Below are positions 41,610-55,915 of a stretch of DNA of 64,000 nt, one piece after another. The translations under genes were made by a program, and so were the position numbers. How positions within the stretch are numbered: position 1 is the first letter of the stretch; each line of letters begins with the position of its first letter. Under the pieces are notes generated by a model that did not search any database, was not told where the DNA came from, and saw nothing but the letters and a program-made list of their open reading frames with translations. Source of the stretch: Camelus dromedarius (Eukaryota); the NCBI RefSeq assembly GCF_036321535.1, contig NC_087446.1, positions 57,722,001 to 57,786,000 of the forward strand. Reading direction: 5' to 3'.

Positions 41610-41820
41610 CCTCTGTCTGATGCTGTTGCTCCACCTAGTGTCTCAAAGGACAGTGTCCCTGCTGCTGCTTCTTTTAGTTGCTTTGCCAAAGTTCATTACA
41701 CAAGAGGGTCATTAATGACATTAGAACCATAGATCACTGAGGATCCTTCACTTTATTCATTCAGATAATCCCAGTGCACCTCCAGAAGACTGAGTAGAAG
41801 AATATAAATATCATTAATTT
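41610..41820 (+). promoter_or_regulatory. Candidate promoter of the OR6C2-like gene
   Basis: Colinear with 57460-57650. Contains GTCATTAATGAC palindrome 41708-41719 and TATAAATA 41803-41810. Confidence 0.55.
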
Positions 41821-43919
41821 TGGAGCAGGAAAGCCAACTCCCTGCTTAGAGCCATCAGAGTTCTTCCAAAACCCAGAGGAAGTTCTTTTTTTCTCCTCTC
41901 TTACATTAGGTTCTCTACCCTCATGACAGAGACCAAAGGAAAATGTTTCGAGGTTTAAAATAAGAAAGTCTCTAATGAGAGTCTCTATATGATATGAAGA
42001 TGGGAAATGAATTACCCAAGACCCTCTAGAAGACGCCTGGAGAGGAAATGTAGGTTGGTGATCCTGTCAGGCCAGAGCAGAGGCACGTCTCCCTTAACAC
42101 AACACAGGTAAGCACAGTAAGGAGTTGCCAGCTGAAACCAGGAAAAATTATCAGAAGTATAAGTACTGTTAAGTAGATAAGAGAATTACTGTCCCTTTTG
42201 AGGGATGAGGAAGAAATATTTGTTGTCAATGTCTTCTGCAACGTGGTTAAACTTGTTTCAACTTACAATACGGAAAATTGTAGTAGACATGTCGTGAATC
42301 ATCCAAGAGTCCTTTGTAAAACTGAGTATTTTTACATCCATAAGTAGTCACCCATGCAGTGTAATTTCAAGAACATAGGCAAACACACACACATCAAGTC
42401 CCTGGAATTTATAATCAAAAAGAGTATTACATTGCTTAAAATGTCAACATTATCTAAATTGCAAATATTCTTTCATGATGAAAAGTTTAAGCAGAAATAA
42501 CTCAGCCCTTCCTAAGCATCTAGTAGTTCCATGAATAGGTTTCCTTGTTACCTAAATCACTCCATGGAGAGTAATTTAGCCTGAGGAGAGCGAGGACGTT
42601 CTGTTGTTTATGAAGCACTCCACCGGATGAGGCAAGGTTGAGGAGAGTATTTCACTAACAGGGTTAGCCCAGTGTGTATTCAGAGGGAGGAGTATGAAAA
42701 AGAAGGTGACAACAATGATGTCAGTTTTTAGTTTCTTCACATTTCTTTCTACTTAATGCTTTATTGCAATCCTGAAGTAGTTGGGAGAGAATTAATTCTT
42801 AGATAAGCCAAAACCAAAGGACAAGTCAAAGAATAAGGCATGGTAAACTATCAGTAAACTCTTTTCCTTGCATAAAAGAGACACTGTGAATAAAATGATC
42901 CTATCTAAAAAGGCAAAACAGGATTTGCATAGAAAAAGAGGACTGAGGGGATGTGAAAGATCTCAGTTTGAAAACAAAGAAATCTCTTTTTATTTCTTTG
43001 TATAAGCTATCGTTTGGTAGAAGAAGCTCACTACGAGACCACTCGTTTGGGGCTGGCAGGGTCATTGAAGGGAACAGTTCTCATTATTTACTGATGTCTT
43101 GAAAAACCTTGAGAACTGAAGTATGAGGTAAATGTACATGACAGGCTGTCACTATATAATGTTGGCCATTAGTTTTGTTAGTGTCCTCATCTTAGTTGTG
43201 TTATTTCCCTATTAGAGTTTTCCATTAGTTTCCCTGCATCAGTGTCCATTTTCCTCACATGGTGCATTTAGAGACCGGCTGGCCCTGCCATATGTACCTT
43301 ATGGGGACTTGATAAGGCACATGCCCATAGGAGGAGAGGACTTAATTTTGCCAGACTCAGAGGGCTCAGGTCGTTTGCTGGAAATATTTTAAAGCCAATT
43401 AAGTGAAAAATCATTCACATAACAAATGAATTACTGTCCCCTGGGGGTACCATTTACTTCAGTGATGGAGAAACAGCAGGAAGCATGGAGACTGTGTTTT
43501 CAGATAGGACATATTTTTACTGCTGTTACAAGTAATTAATGGTGGTGAAGGACTAGGAGCGGTTATTGCTTCCTGAACAGAAATAGAGTCTTTTTCTCTT
43601 GCTGAAGAATATACATAATGGTCACAGATAATATCAACAAAATAAAATTCATAATACAGGAAAAGAAGCTAGTGACTATTCTACTCCTCTTTCATGAGTA
43701 CCTGAAATTATAATATAAATATATAAATTAAGTGATTGCATGTGATATGAGGTACAGTACTAATTGGGAGGGAGGTGAGGATGTAAGTGATAATGTTCAG
43801 TTTAGGCAATAAACTTCCTTCACTGTCTACGTAGGTCTCAAACATTAATATGTATATAATACTTGACCATCATACTAAAACATTTTCACTGACACCTAAC
43901 CCCTCTCCCTCACTGCCTA

Positions 43920-43995
43920 GATGAAAAATGTTCAGGTGTCCCTGAGATCAGGAATCTGTATTGTGAAAAGCTCCTGATGATTCTGATTCAGAGAG
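43920..43995. mobile_element. MER5A-like hAT-Charlie relic
   Basis: caggaatctgtattgtgaaaagctcctgatgattctgattca matches the MER5A core. Confidence 0.55.
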
Positions 43996-44361
43996 TAACA
44001 CACATTAAACAACATAATTAAACGCATGTTTTGTAGAAGAAGAAGGTAAAACATTACATAAAATGCTACAGGCTACAGAATTTTTGTGTAAATTAAATGA
44101 GTTTTATGATACAGAGCCTAGACCTGTGCTTGACAAACAGAAACTGGATCGAATATTTCCATTTACAATAGCTTGTCTCAGATTTTCCAATAGCCAGGTG
44201 GAAGTAAATCCTGACATAAAAGTAAGTGGTTGTGCTCTAACAGGAGGGTGGAGTGACAGAAAGGTCCAGAGTTGCATCATTAGTTAGGAAGAGTGAGCCT
44301 GGGAGAATGTCAGAGTGCAAACCTCCACACGTCGTGTGGGTCTCAGCCTTTGGATGAACAA

Positions 44362-44829
44362 TGTTGTAACTGGACCTGTGGGTCTTATGATGGCAAGACT
44401 CCCTTTAGGAAACTTTGGGAATAAAAAATTTATCTCCCACAGGTCTTGGAAAGCACATGACACTCCTGAGGCCACACAGTGAGGTCCTGGGAATAGAGAT
44501 GGAGAAGGGAGAGAGGGGAGATGGAAATTCTGCTTTTAATTGGGGTCCAGGGTCAGGCCTAGAGTTTCAAGGGCTCACTATTTATTGGTGAATATAAAAC
44601 ACAAGAGTGAGACTTTAAAGCCTGGGAAGAGAAAACACACGTGGCCCAAAAGGTCTGTTACCGGAATCAACCAAGATCTCTAAAACAAAGGAGCCTGATG
44701 TGAGGGGGTGAAGGGTGATGTTGGCCTGGCTCTTTACCTAGTTCTGTGACTGGCAGTGTTCACTGGAAATAGCCATCTCTGAAGAGGATGCCCTGGCAGT
44801 GAAAGCTTAAGTCAGGCACTTGCATTACA
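44362..44829. mobile_element. Old LTR relic (ERVL-like), family unassigned
   Basis: TG(T)TGTAAC...TTACA termini and GC-richer LTR-like composition; no clean TSD. Confidence 0.45.
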
Positions 44830-45622
44830 AAAAGGAAAGCCAACTGTCAGAGCTTACCTGACAACACAACTGAGGTACCAGCCAGTATACTTTGAGGAGT
44901 GAGGCAAAAGCAAGCTGGGATTTTAGGTGGGTGAGTTGGGGGAACAAAGACTATGGAGGTAAACATCACTTTTGCCATAATGATGTCTACCCTGCATGTG
45001 TGGGAAGATTTCTAAGAGAATAAGACCAAGACAAATTAGGAGAATGAGAGAATTCTTGTCTTCTGAGAAATGAGAAGATTCACACTTAATAAAATAAAGA
45101 TGGACGAGGATTAAAAATGATACTGTGTTTCTGAAGTCGTAAAGAGAACGGAAGCTGATTAAATTTAAATTTTGGACAAAGGATTATGTTAGAAAATGGA
45201 AAAAATTAAAAAGCAAACTGTAGGTCAAATAAGTAGGTAAATTTTGTCCTTAAGACACTCAGACTTAATATTCTATTCTCCTTTCCAAATAATGATTCTT
45301 GAATAACAGTAGCTGTGATTCACTAACAGGTTCACAAGAGAAGGAAATCAGTGGCTGTGGAAATGGAACAGAAAGCTACTTTGCAGTACGTGTCACCACC
45401 TATTAGTAATTATTAAATTTATAATTTATCTGAATATTGTTATGGACCTCAGGATAAATCAGAATTCTTTCATTGAGTGTGTCTAATTCTAAACCCTTGA
45501 GATTTCCACCATAATGAAGTCTCTCAGCCATGATCACACTGCCAAGGGGTGATAGAGTTACTAGCTTATATCTGACTCCCGATCAAGAATCCCCGCCAAA
45601 GAGAGAAATCACTGCTGATCTA

Positions 45623-46605
45623 CAGCTGACCCCTGAACAACAAGGATCTGAAATGCATGGTCCACTTAAATGCAGATTTTTTTCAATAAATATATTGGAA
45701 AAAGATTTTGAGATTTGTGACAATTAAAAAAAATTTAATTCTCAGAGAAACCCTGTAGCCTAAACATAACAGAAAATTTAAGAAAAAGGTATGTCATGAA
45801 TGCATAAAACATGTAGATATTAGTCTGTCTTTATATATGCATAAGGTGAGTGAATTTTATACAAAATGAATAATGTGTTATATTTCTTACTGTTATATAA
45901 CTTTGCTTTTAAAGAGTCACATTGCCATACAGTATGCCTCTCTCGTAACTGGAGAAACTTTGTATCAGCCTATCATCACAGGTGAGTATTTCTTTAAAAA
46001 AGTGACTGTTTCCAATACTGTATTGTAAATATGACTGTTACACTCTTTGCCATAAAAATTTTACATTGATTAATTCATCACTGCATAAGCTGGTGTACTG
46101 GGAACAATCTCCTTGATTTACAGTAGGCAACCATAAAGTAATCTTACTGCTTTCTGTTCATTATCAATGCATGAATTGCTTTACCTTAAATAAGTATGAA
46201 TTTCTGTTTCATGTTATTTTTTCATTTTTGATGTCTAGTGTTAGTAACATATGTAATATCACAGTGTCTTACATTATATAAGATATTTATGTAGGTTCTG
46301 ACAGACCATCTTGTAAACAGATGTTGTAAACTTACAGAATCAATAAAGAGCATACATTAAATGTATTTTTNNNNNNNNNNNNNNNNNNNNNNNNNNNNNN
46401 NNNNNNNNNNNNNNNNNNNNNNNNNNNNNNNNNNNNNNNNNNNNNNNNNNNNNNNNNNNNNNNNNNNNNNNNNNNNNNNNNNNNNNNNNNNNNNNNNNNN
46501 NNNNNNNNNNNNNNNNNNNNNNNNNNNNNNNNNAAAAGTTTTACGATTTTCTTTGACTGCACATGGGATCAGTTCCTTTAACCCCTACATTGTCAAGGGG
46601 CAGCA
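45623..46605 (+). mobile_element. Tigger2-family non-autonomous DNA transposon
   Basis: TA + CAGCTGACCCCTGAACAAC start; degenerate ...TGTCAAGGGGCAGCA + TA end; resembles recalled Tigger2/2b termini. N block at 46371-46533. Confidence 0.75.
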
Positions 46606-48149
46606 TAGTGTTATATTTTATACCTTAAAAGTACTGGTCCAAACAAAGACTAGAACTCTGTGCTATTTTAGACTGATTAATGGACAAGGAGATGGAGAAA
46701 TCAGGAGTACTGGAAAGGTGATGAAAAGTTGAGTAACACAGTTCTAGAGGTTCTGTGACTGTTTCAAGATTCAAAAAAGAGAGGACATTATTTTTCCCTT
46801 ACAAATATTTGGTTGATTGATTTGTCTTTATGCTTATGCATTTGTTTCTCAAAAGATTTTATTCACTGAGGTTGGTTCTGAACAGCAGAAAAAATGGAAA
46901 GCTAAATAAACCTAATATGTGTAGAGAGAGAGGGATGAAATTATTATAAATATTAAAAGCTGCATCATTAACAAATTTTAGGTTATATTAGCAAATAAGC
47001 TGGGAGTATCAGCAGGAGAGAAATAGGTTTTATAATCTAGGCAGGAAGTACGTTATTTAAACAAGGAAGAAACAGAATCTATCTTGAGTATAATCATAGA
47101 ATTTAGCAACAATCCTAATCTTCCTGTCATTGCAACCTGAGCCTTTTAACTACCAGTATTGTTGGAAATTTTCTCTACTTTTTAAAAGAATAAAATAAAA
47201 ATTGAGTTAAAATTATATATAAAGTAGATTAAATCATTCATTGAAAAACTAAATACATGCTACATGCCAGGCACAGTTTCCGTTGCAGCAAGTGATGTAT
47301 CAGACAAAGAAAAAACCCCCTGTCCTTAGAGGTTATTTGTTAGTGACCTGAGCGATCCAATAACCCTAAGAGCACTAGTCTTCCTGAACTTCCGGAATGT
47401 CTACAAATATAGTATCTAGCGAATTTCAGCTGACTTTAAAGAAGACAGTACAAAGTAATCCCTTGAATGAAGAACATCAGTACTTCCTACCAGAGCAAGG
47501 GTGTTGAGTTTGGGCACTGAGGAGGGAAAGATGGTGGAAACGTGCCATACTCCAGTGTCTTTTAGAAAGGGAATCATTCTTTAGATACATAGCATGTGGT
47601 TTCAGCTTTGCAGAAGAGAGCAAAGCAGAAAGTTAAACAACTATAGTCTTTAAAAAAAATGTTGTATGGGGAGCAAATTCTGGACAATGGGAAAAAAATC
47701 TAAGCACCTAACAAGCAAGAGCTCCAGAAGGATTTCTAGAAACAAACTAAAAAGCAAACAACAGCAGGTGGAGAATTAGAATATTAAAGGTAAAGTAAGG
47801 ACTACTTCAAAGGCCAGAGGAAAAGTCTGGAAAAGAAGGATTTATAAAGTTTAGAATCAGGATTTTCCAAGCCTTTAGCTTAAGAATATACTCAAAATGA
47901 CTAAGCAATTTGAAACAGACATGAAAATAAAAATACTGAGTCAACTGACCAGAACATCATTAGAGATTATAGCTGAGTTTCATTTCACAGACAACTCTGT
48001 TTTGTTTCTTCAGTTCACATTTACATAATACTCTATACAGGCCAACATAAGAGAATTGAAGAGTATATGAAAGATTGTCTCTACTTTGGAGAAGTTTACA
48101 GAAACACAGAGGAGAAATATAAGTATAATGAAGTATATGATGTGATAGA

Positions 48150-48900
48150 TTCCAAAACAGGGCAGGCAACTGGTGCTAGGAAATAACACAGGATCACCAT
48201 CTCACATACTCTGGGTGGGTAAAAGAAGATTTCCTTGAAGAATTAATACCCGAGGAGAATCCTGAAGGACCAACAGGCACTGGGCAGTCAAAGGACTGCC
48301 CTTGTGGAGGAGACAGCATGTAGAAAATATGAAGAACTGTAAGTAGTCAAGGTTACTGGAACTTAAGTTATGAGGAAAAAAAGTAAGGAATTTGTAAGTG
48401 AGGAGATGTGAAAATACGGAAGGTCCTGCCTGTGAAGAACCTTGTAGGCCACACAAAAGAGGCTAATTTTAATCAGGAAATGTTTATCAGTGGAAGAAAA
48501 GAAGGCTTGGATAGAGAAAATGATTTCACTTTGAGCTCATTGTATGTGAGGTGACTGTTAAACATCCATTTGGATGATATATACTTGGCAATGATTTTTA
48601 TTTGGAAAAGTCGTGGCCTTTGTGAGTCCATCATATAAATTAAATATATATATATATATTCACAGAGCGGGTATGCCAGGCAAAATAACTACAAAAAAAA
48701 ATGTGCCATTGGTTTCAACAATAATAAAGTTCTTACAGGTGTTAGACAAGCAATGGGGGATTAGAAGTGAAATTCAGGTTGCAGAGGCTTAAAGCATAAA
48801 CTGAGCAGGAGTAAGATGACAAGGTGAAGACACTAACATCTTTTCAAAGGAATTAAAAACATAATGAAATCAGGCACAGCCTGGAAGGCTATTTTTAAAT
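48150..48900 (-). mobile_element. L2 relic
   Basis: gaagatttccttgaagaatt...ggagacagcatg...gaaccttgtaggccac...ttgtatgtgaggtgactgttaaacatcc resembles antisense L2. Confidence 0.55.
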
Positions 48901-49618
48901 GATATTAAATGTTGTTTTAGCTTCAGTGACCGCCATCAATTAACTGAAAACTTACATGAATTCACATGAGAAAATTCCTTTTGCAAATATCTTGACTACA
49001 ACCTTTCTTCACACTATAGATAAAATAGTTGTGCATCAAACCATCTATGAATTGAGAATAAGGAATACAAGCAGAGAAGAATAAAGAGACAAAGGCAAGT
49101 CTCAGGAGCAGGGCTGTGTTTTGTTGTCATTGTTTTCTGTCCATTTTCCAGGAGAAATGTATCTAACCCTTAAAACAATCCCTGGAAAGTGACAGCTGAA
49201 GAGAATCCATGTTCTTCATTATGTGGAAAAGTCCTATATCCAAGGTTTGTCTTTAAACAAAGAATGTTTAAGTTCACAGAAGGTAACGTCATCTTTTCCC
49301 CCCTAACTTCCTTGTAAAACCCAATCCATGTCATGAATTACAAACATTTGTAAATTTTGAGGGGCAGGGAACGATCTGAGAAAATGTGGGACTGCTTTAC
49401 AGTAACATGAATCCTGAAGGAATAATCCACTGCTCACACATGTACATTCAGGATGGCTGTTGAAACAGTGGTGATACTGAATATAACATGAAGGAGTAAA
49501 ATAAATGCAGACTTGTTTGGCTTTATTCACACAGTCTTTTGCTACAGAATTCAAATATCAACTTCATAATATCTTTTTGATTTTTACACGCAGATTGGGT
49601 AGATTTCAAAACTCAGTG

Positions 49619-50566
49619 ATGAAAAACCACACAGCAGTAACAACTTTTATCCTTCTGGGACTGACAAGTGACCCACAACTGCAAATTCTGCTTTTTATCT
49701 TTCTATTTCTCACCTACATGTCAAGTGTAACAGGGAACCTGACTATTATCACCCTCACACTGGTGGACTCCCATCTTAAAACTCCTATGTACTTTTTCCT
49801 CAGAAATTTTTCCTTCTTAGAAGTCTCATTTACTACTGTCTGTATTCCTAGATTCCTGTACAGCCTATCAACTGGGGATAATACCGTTACCTACAATGCT
49901 TGCGCAAGTCAAATATTTTTTGTTATTCTCTTTGGAGCAACAGAATTTTTTCTCCTGGCAGCCATGTCCTATGACCGCTATGTTGCTATCTGTAAACCCC
50001 TCCATTATATGACCATCATGAACGACAGAGTCTGCACTTTACTAGTCCTCTGCTGCTGGGTATCTGGCTTGATGATCATTGTCCCCCCACTTAGCTTGGG
50101 CCTGCAGCTGGAATTCTGTGACTCCAACACCATTGATCATTTTACCTGTGATGCAGGTCCAATCCTAAAGATCTCCTGCTCAGATACATGGGTAATAGAA
50201 CAAATGGTTATCCTTGTGGCCGTATTTGCACTCATTATCACGCTAGTGTGTGTGCTTCTCTCTTACACGTACATCATCAGGACAATTCAGAGATTCCCCT
50301 CAGTCCAACAAAGGAAAAAGGCCTTTTCTACCTGCTCATCCCACATGATTGTGGTTTCCATCACCTACGGAAGCTGCATCTTCATTTATGTCAAGCCCTC
50401 AGCAAAGGAGGAGGTGGCCATAAACAAAGGCGTTTCGGTGCTCATGGCTTCAGTTGCACCTTTGCTAAACCCCTTCATTTATACCCTGAGGAATAAGCAA
50501 GTGAAACAAGCCTTCAGCAACTCCATAAAGAAGATTACATTTCTCTCAAAGAAATCAAGATTTTGA
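49619..50566 (+). CDS. OR6C2-like: Olfactory receptor OR6C2-like, 315 aa, intact (true start ATG 49619)
   Basis: [53 protein letters not shown] closely match recalled human OR6C2. The upstream ATG at 49505 lies before the splice acceptor at 49593. Confidence 0.95.
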   Translation: MKNHTAVTTFILLGLTSDPQLQILLFIFLFLTYMSSVTGNLTIITLTLVDSHLKTPMYFFLRNFSFLEVSFTTVCIPRFLYSLSTGDNTVTYNACASQIFFVILFGATEFFLLAAMSYDRYVAICKPLHYMTIMNDRVCTLLVLCCWVSGLMIIVPPLSLGLQLEFCDSNTIDHFTCDAGPILKISCSDTWVIEQMVILVAVFALIITLVCVLLSYTYIIRTIQRFPSVQQRKKAFSTCSSHMIVVSITYGSCIFIYVKPSAKEEVAINKGVSVLMASVAPLLNPFIYTLRNKQVKQAFSNSIKKITFLSKKSRF

Positions 50567-51799
50567 TGAATCAGAGTAAAATGAAAGAAGAAAGTCCTCT
50601 AAATATTTAATGACAGCTTCTAACTTGTATCATTGCTTTGTACTTATAATTTAGTCATATTAACTTTCTCAAAGACATTTAATACTGCATCTTACTTTCA
50701 CCTTAATCAAACTCCTTTTTTCCAAGCCAAATTCATACATGGTGCTTTCTCTCATTGTGAAACTATAAATAATGTATTTCTAAGTAATGAAAATTGTCTC
50801 CACTTCTGACCTATCTTTTCTTCAATGATCTAGGAAGGAAAGTAATAGTATTTAAGAGTATATAAATTATATAGAAGACACATTATACAGCAATAATACA
50901 AGTTTCTTCCTCTCAAAGTTATCAAAAATAATACCATAAATCTAAGAATCAAAAAAACAGAAAAAAATGTGCATAGATACATAGATGTATTAAAATAAAT
51001 TTAATCAAATAAGGTGTTCCAGGCTAATTAAAATAATGAAAGAACAAAGTGGAAACTAAGATATCAACAGGATTTTAAGAATGATCAGAATTTTTAAAAT
51101 GGAAACATCATCACAACCACTGATAAGATGTATTCACTATGTTATTTAAATTCATGAGAGAATTTCACTTAAAAGGCATTTAATTTAAAACAAATGTAAA
51201 CATACATCACTTATTATGAGTTACAAAATTGGAACATATGAGTGAACTAGAAGACCAAATTTTAAACGCTAATGAAATAAGACAAGTCACATCAAAACAA
51301 GGCTAAGTGGATGATTTAAGAAGATATCAAGTATATTCAACTAGCAGAAATAGGAAAAAATAGGGAACTACAAAGGGAATAAATATTGGATTATGATCAA
51401 GAGGAAAATTGAAGAACATATTGCTAAACTGAAGGAATTAAAGTTTGAAGTAAGTANNNNNNNNNNNNNNNNNNNNNNNNNNNNNNNNNNNNNNNNNNNN
51501 NNNNNNNNNNNNNNNNNNNNNNNNNNNNNNNNNNNNNNNNNNNNNNNNNNNNNNNNNNNNNNNNNNNNNNNNNNNNNNNNNNNNNNNNNNNNNNNNNNNN
51601 NNNNNNNNTTTTAAGCAAAATTTACATCTGGTAAAATGTACAAATCTTAAGTATCCAATTTGATGAGTTTTGACAAATGACAAATATAAGCCACATTTCT
51701 ATCAACTGTCAAAGTCAATCAATTGATCAACTGCAGGTTTCCACTTCGAGTTGTGGATTACTTTTGGGATGATTTCCACAGGAAAAAAAAAAAACTGTC

Positions 51800-52310
51800 A
51801 ATTGTAAGCACTTATACACCAGGAGATGACCACTAAAAATTACTTCAACATTTTATTGCATAAAGCAACCATCTACTATGCTCACAGGTTCTGTTCAGGA
51901 ATTTATACAGAGAGTACACCAGGCCTTATTTCTGTTCTGTGATGTCTGGGGACTCATGTGAAAGACCTGAAGACTGAGAGCTGGAGTCATCTTAAGACAC
52001 CTTCACTCACATGTCTGACAGCTGAATCTGACTGTCGGTTTGAGGCCTCCGTCTGGGGGGGGGGTTTAATATGCATTTCTCTATATGGTCTCTCTTTAGA
52101 GCCAGTCAGGGCTTTTTCACAGCATGGGACTGAGTTCCAAGGGTCAGTGTCCCAAAATAGAGGGATCTAGGCAGGATCTATATCCTCTCTATAACCTAGT
52201 CTTGATGGCATAGCATCAACTCTACTGGTTATAGTAGTCATTAGCTTCTGTCCAAATTCTAGGGAAGGAATTTAGAGCCTACTTATCCTTGGAAAGAGTG
52301 TCAAAGTCAT
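51800..52310 (-). mobile_element. MaLR MLT1 (F/G/H-like) LTR
   Basis: gcaaccatctactatgctcacaggttctgttcaggaat...tgatgtctggggactca...ggaaagagtgtcaaag is typical antisense MLT1. Confidence 0.7.
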
Positions 52311-53718
52311 ATCATAAGAGGATGTTGGATGATTGATATTGTTGTGTTACTCTCATGGAGTACACAACATGTTGCTTTCTTTCTTTTTAATGAGGCTATA
52401 CCAATAAAGAAGAAATATGTGACGTTTATGCAGCATGCTACTCTACACATTTACCTCTCTAGTTATTTCAGAAGGATTGACAACAACAATCAACATCTTG
52501 ATATTTGAGAAATAGTCTGTCTTTCTAACTTTGCATATACATTTCTGTCTTCTTATAATTTACTGTGAAGTTCAGGGCTCACCAATAATCTAATAATCTA
52601 TTTTAATTGATCCATTTATGTTTTATTTTCCCACTATCATTAAAATTAATAGATAAGTATTTTCAAGAATATTGGCTAGAGAAATGTACAGTAACTGTAG
52701 ACATAGACAAGAACAAATACAACCAGCATATATGGAAGATAATCTTGTGTGACTAACTTAATCACCTCTATAGTATAAACCAACTGGTATAATGACATAT
52801 ACATTAGGAAAATTATGGAGTTGGGGCATCTATGTGTTATATGGGTTGACACTTGGAGTATAAAAAAGGCTAATTTCATACCCCAGTTTTGGAGGAAATG
52901 AAACACAATTTTAGCTTTAAGGAAGTCATTTTAAAAACTGGGATGGCTATATTAATATCAGCCAAAATGGACTTTAGAGCAAATAGTATTACCCTAGATA
53001 TAAAGGGACATTTTACAATGTCAAAGGGTCAACTCATCAAGAAGACATAACATCCCTAAATGTACATGTACCTAATCACAGAGCTTCAAACTGCAAGAAG
53101 TGAAGACCGACAGAAATGGAAAAAAAAAAAAAAAAAAGACAGGTCTTCAACTATGAGAGATTTCAACAGTTCTAGCACAAGTAGAAAGGGAATAATTAAA
53201 ATAGAGGACATGAACAACACTATCAATCAAGGTGGCCTAAGCGGCATTTAAAGAACAATCCACTAAAGAACTAAGATTGAACATTCTTTTCAATTACACA
53301 TGAAATTCACCAAGACAGCACATATGTTAGGACATAAAGCAAATCTCAGTAAATTCAAGGGGATCATGATAATATAAAACACGTTTCCTGTGAACAACAG
53401 AATTATATTAAAATCAGTTTCTTTGGAAAAAATTTGGAAAATCTCCAAATGTTGAAAAATTAAATAATACCCTTTGACCATACTTTAGCAGAGGACAATG
53501 AAGAAGCTATTCAAAACAGAGAGAGAGAGAAAATATTTTGAACTGGTTGACAATGAAGGATGAAAATAATGATAAAAGCAGAAATCAATGAAATAGAAAT
53601 CAAACATGCAATAGAAAAAAATCAGTGAAACATAAAGCTAATTTTTCAGATCAACATAACTGATAAACTTCTGCTTAGAAAGATCAAGAAATAAAGAGTT
53701 AAAACACAAATTACCAAT

Positions 53719-54819
53719 TTTGCCAGTTATCAAATTATTGCCCCTCAGTCTCAAATTCAATCTTAAACCTGTTAGAATAAACAGATGATTTTTTATAAGT
53801 ATTTCTTTATTTTCAGGGAGCAAGATACTAAAAAGAAACTTAGTATCATAAGATACTAAGCTTGCTCGTGGAGAAATATTTCAGGAGGAAGGGGCTTCTC
53901 TTCCTATGTTGGTTCACAAACTGGCCCCTGTACACAGAGGACAAGGAGAGACTGGAGAGAGAGGCAGGTCACTACTGACTGGTGAGTGGCAGTTTCAATA
54001 AGCAAGGGAACTTACGTACAAAGTTTGTCTTCAGCCACAGGAGGAGCAGATCTCCACACCCACCCACAAGATTCTTAAAGATTATGAACAGGCCTTAACT
54101 GGGCTCAGTCATGTATTCAGTTCAGATAATCTCAACAACACCTTACCTTCTTAAGTCTACTTTCTTGAGACTGCGCCTAGTGTGGGAATGGTGGACAGAA
54201 TGTGCATTTCAAGAATGGGGGAGTGCAGGAGGAATCTCTGCTTGCAAGCCAACCAAAAGTCACCTCCTCTCCATGACCTCCTAATATTCTAGTTCTGGTA
54301 ACTGCACAACCTCTCACAGGTGTGGTGTGGAGATACAGTCCAGCCACTCACCAGGTATACAGAGACCTTCAGCAACTCGTCAGTCCACACCTGGCTGACC
54401 ATCACTATTTACATACTTCCTGATGTGGAGGAGGTCTCCTAACCACAGCTGTATCCTTGCTACCTCTGCACACCCTCATGTTTACCCCTGGATGTGACTA
54501 GCCAGTGCCCTAGGGTATTCTTTCCACCTGAAACAGGATTGTAGACTAGTTTAGGTCCGGGAAAACCTGTGAACTTCTCTGCCAGTGGACTACAACTATA
54601 CCTTCTGCAATGAGATTTGAACCCCAGTCTTGAAGAGTTGATTCCCCCTTCATAATTGTCCCTCCTTGTTAAATTCTCCCTGAGTCTCAGGTACCTTCTA
54701 GAGTTCTCTTATATCTTATGGTTACTTATTTACCATAGTTTAATCATTCTATATATTAAATTCCCCCTTTTTAAATCACTATATGGTTTCTGTCTCCTGA
54801 TTGAACCTGGACAGATACA
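53719..54819 (+). mobile_element. ERVL-type solo LTR (split by a second LTR)
   Basis: 5-bp TSD CCAAT (53714-53718 and 54820-54824). Ends ggtttctgtctcctgattgaacctggacagataCA. The 5' TG reads TT. Confidence 0.65.
53907..54286. mobile_element. Second LTR nested in the ERVL-type LTR
   Basis: TGTTGG...CCTAATA termini; flanks TCCTA (53902-53906) and TTCTA (54287-54291), a 5-bp TSD with one mismatch. Confidence 0.5.
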
Positions 54820-55724
54820 CCAATACAAAGAATGTAAGACAGAACATCAATATAGATCCTCCAGATATCACCATATTAATAATGGAAGATTATGAGCAAT
54901 GTTAAACCAATATACTTGACAACTTAGATGAAATGGAAAAGTTATTTAAAAGATACAAATTACAAACCTGACACACGCACACAAATCGAAAATCTGCGGT
55001 TTTTTTTCTTTTTAGAAATTGGATTAATAGTTAAAAACCTTCTCACAAAGAAAACTCCAAAATCACGTTGCCTCACTAATGAATACCAATGTATGCAAAT
55101 TCCTTCAGAACACAGAAAGACTACTTTCTCACTCATTTTATGAAATCAACATAAACCTGATACAAATACCAGGCAAAGAAATTACAATAATAAAAATGTA
55201 GACCAACACCTCTCATGATCACAGATGCAAACATCCTTCACAATTGACCAGCAAAACTTATAGGTCAATAATAGTAACCAACTAAAAATGGACAAGAAAA
55301 TTTATTAGATACTACTTAAGGAAGTTACATGAATAGCCAATGAGTACATGAAAAGAAGTTCAGTATCATTAGTCATCACGAAATTTAAATTATAACTAAA
55401 ATGTATCACACACTCACTAGAATGGCTACAATTAGAATACAGGCTGACAATGTAAGTCATGACAAGAGTAGGGAGCAACTGGAACTATCATACATTGCCG
55501 CTATGCATGTGAAATGATACAGCCACTTACAAAAACATTCTGGCTAGTTCATATAAAATTAAATATAGTTGTCACATGTCTCAGCAATTGCTCTCTTAGC
55601 TATTTACCTAAGAAAACTGAAAACAGATATCCCTCAAAATAACATACATGAATGTCTGTAACAATTTTATTCATATAGCTCAAAACTGTAAATATCCCAA
55701 ATATTCATTAAAAATAGAGAAAAC

Positions 55725-55915
55725 AGATAAACAAGATTATACTGTGTAGCACAGGGAAATATATACAAGATCTTGTGGTAGCTCACAGCAAAAATAAAAT
55801 GTGACAATGAATATATGTAAGTTCATGTATAACTGAAAAGTTGTGCTCTACACTGGAGTTTGACACAACATTGTAAAACGACTGTAACTCAATAAAAAAA
55901 GTTAAAAAAAAAAAA
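55725..55915 (+). mobile_element. Short young L1 3' UTR plus poly-A insertion, same family as 38007-40878
   Basis: agataaacaagattatactgt...gtgctctacactgga.tttgacacaaca is near-identical to ~40690-40878. Confidence 0.88.
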
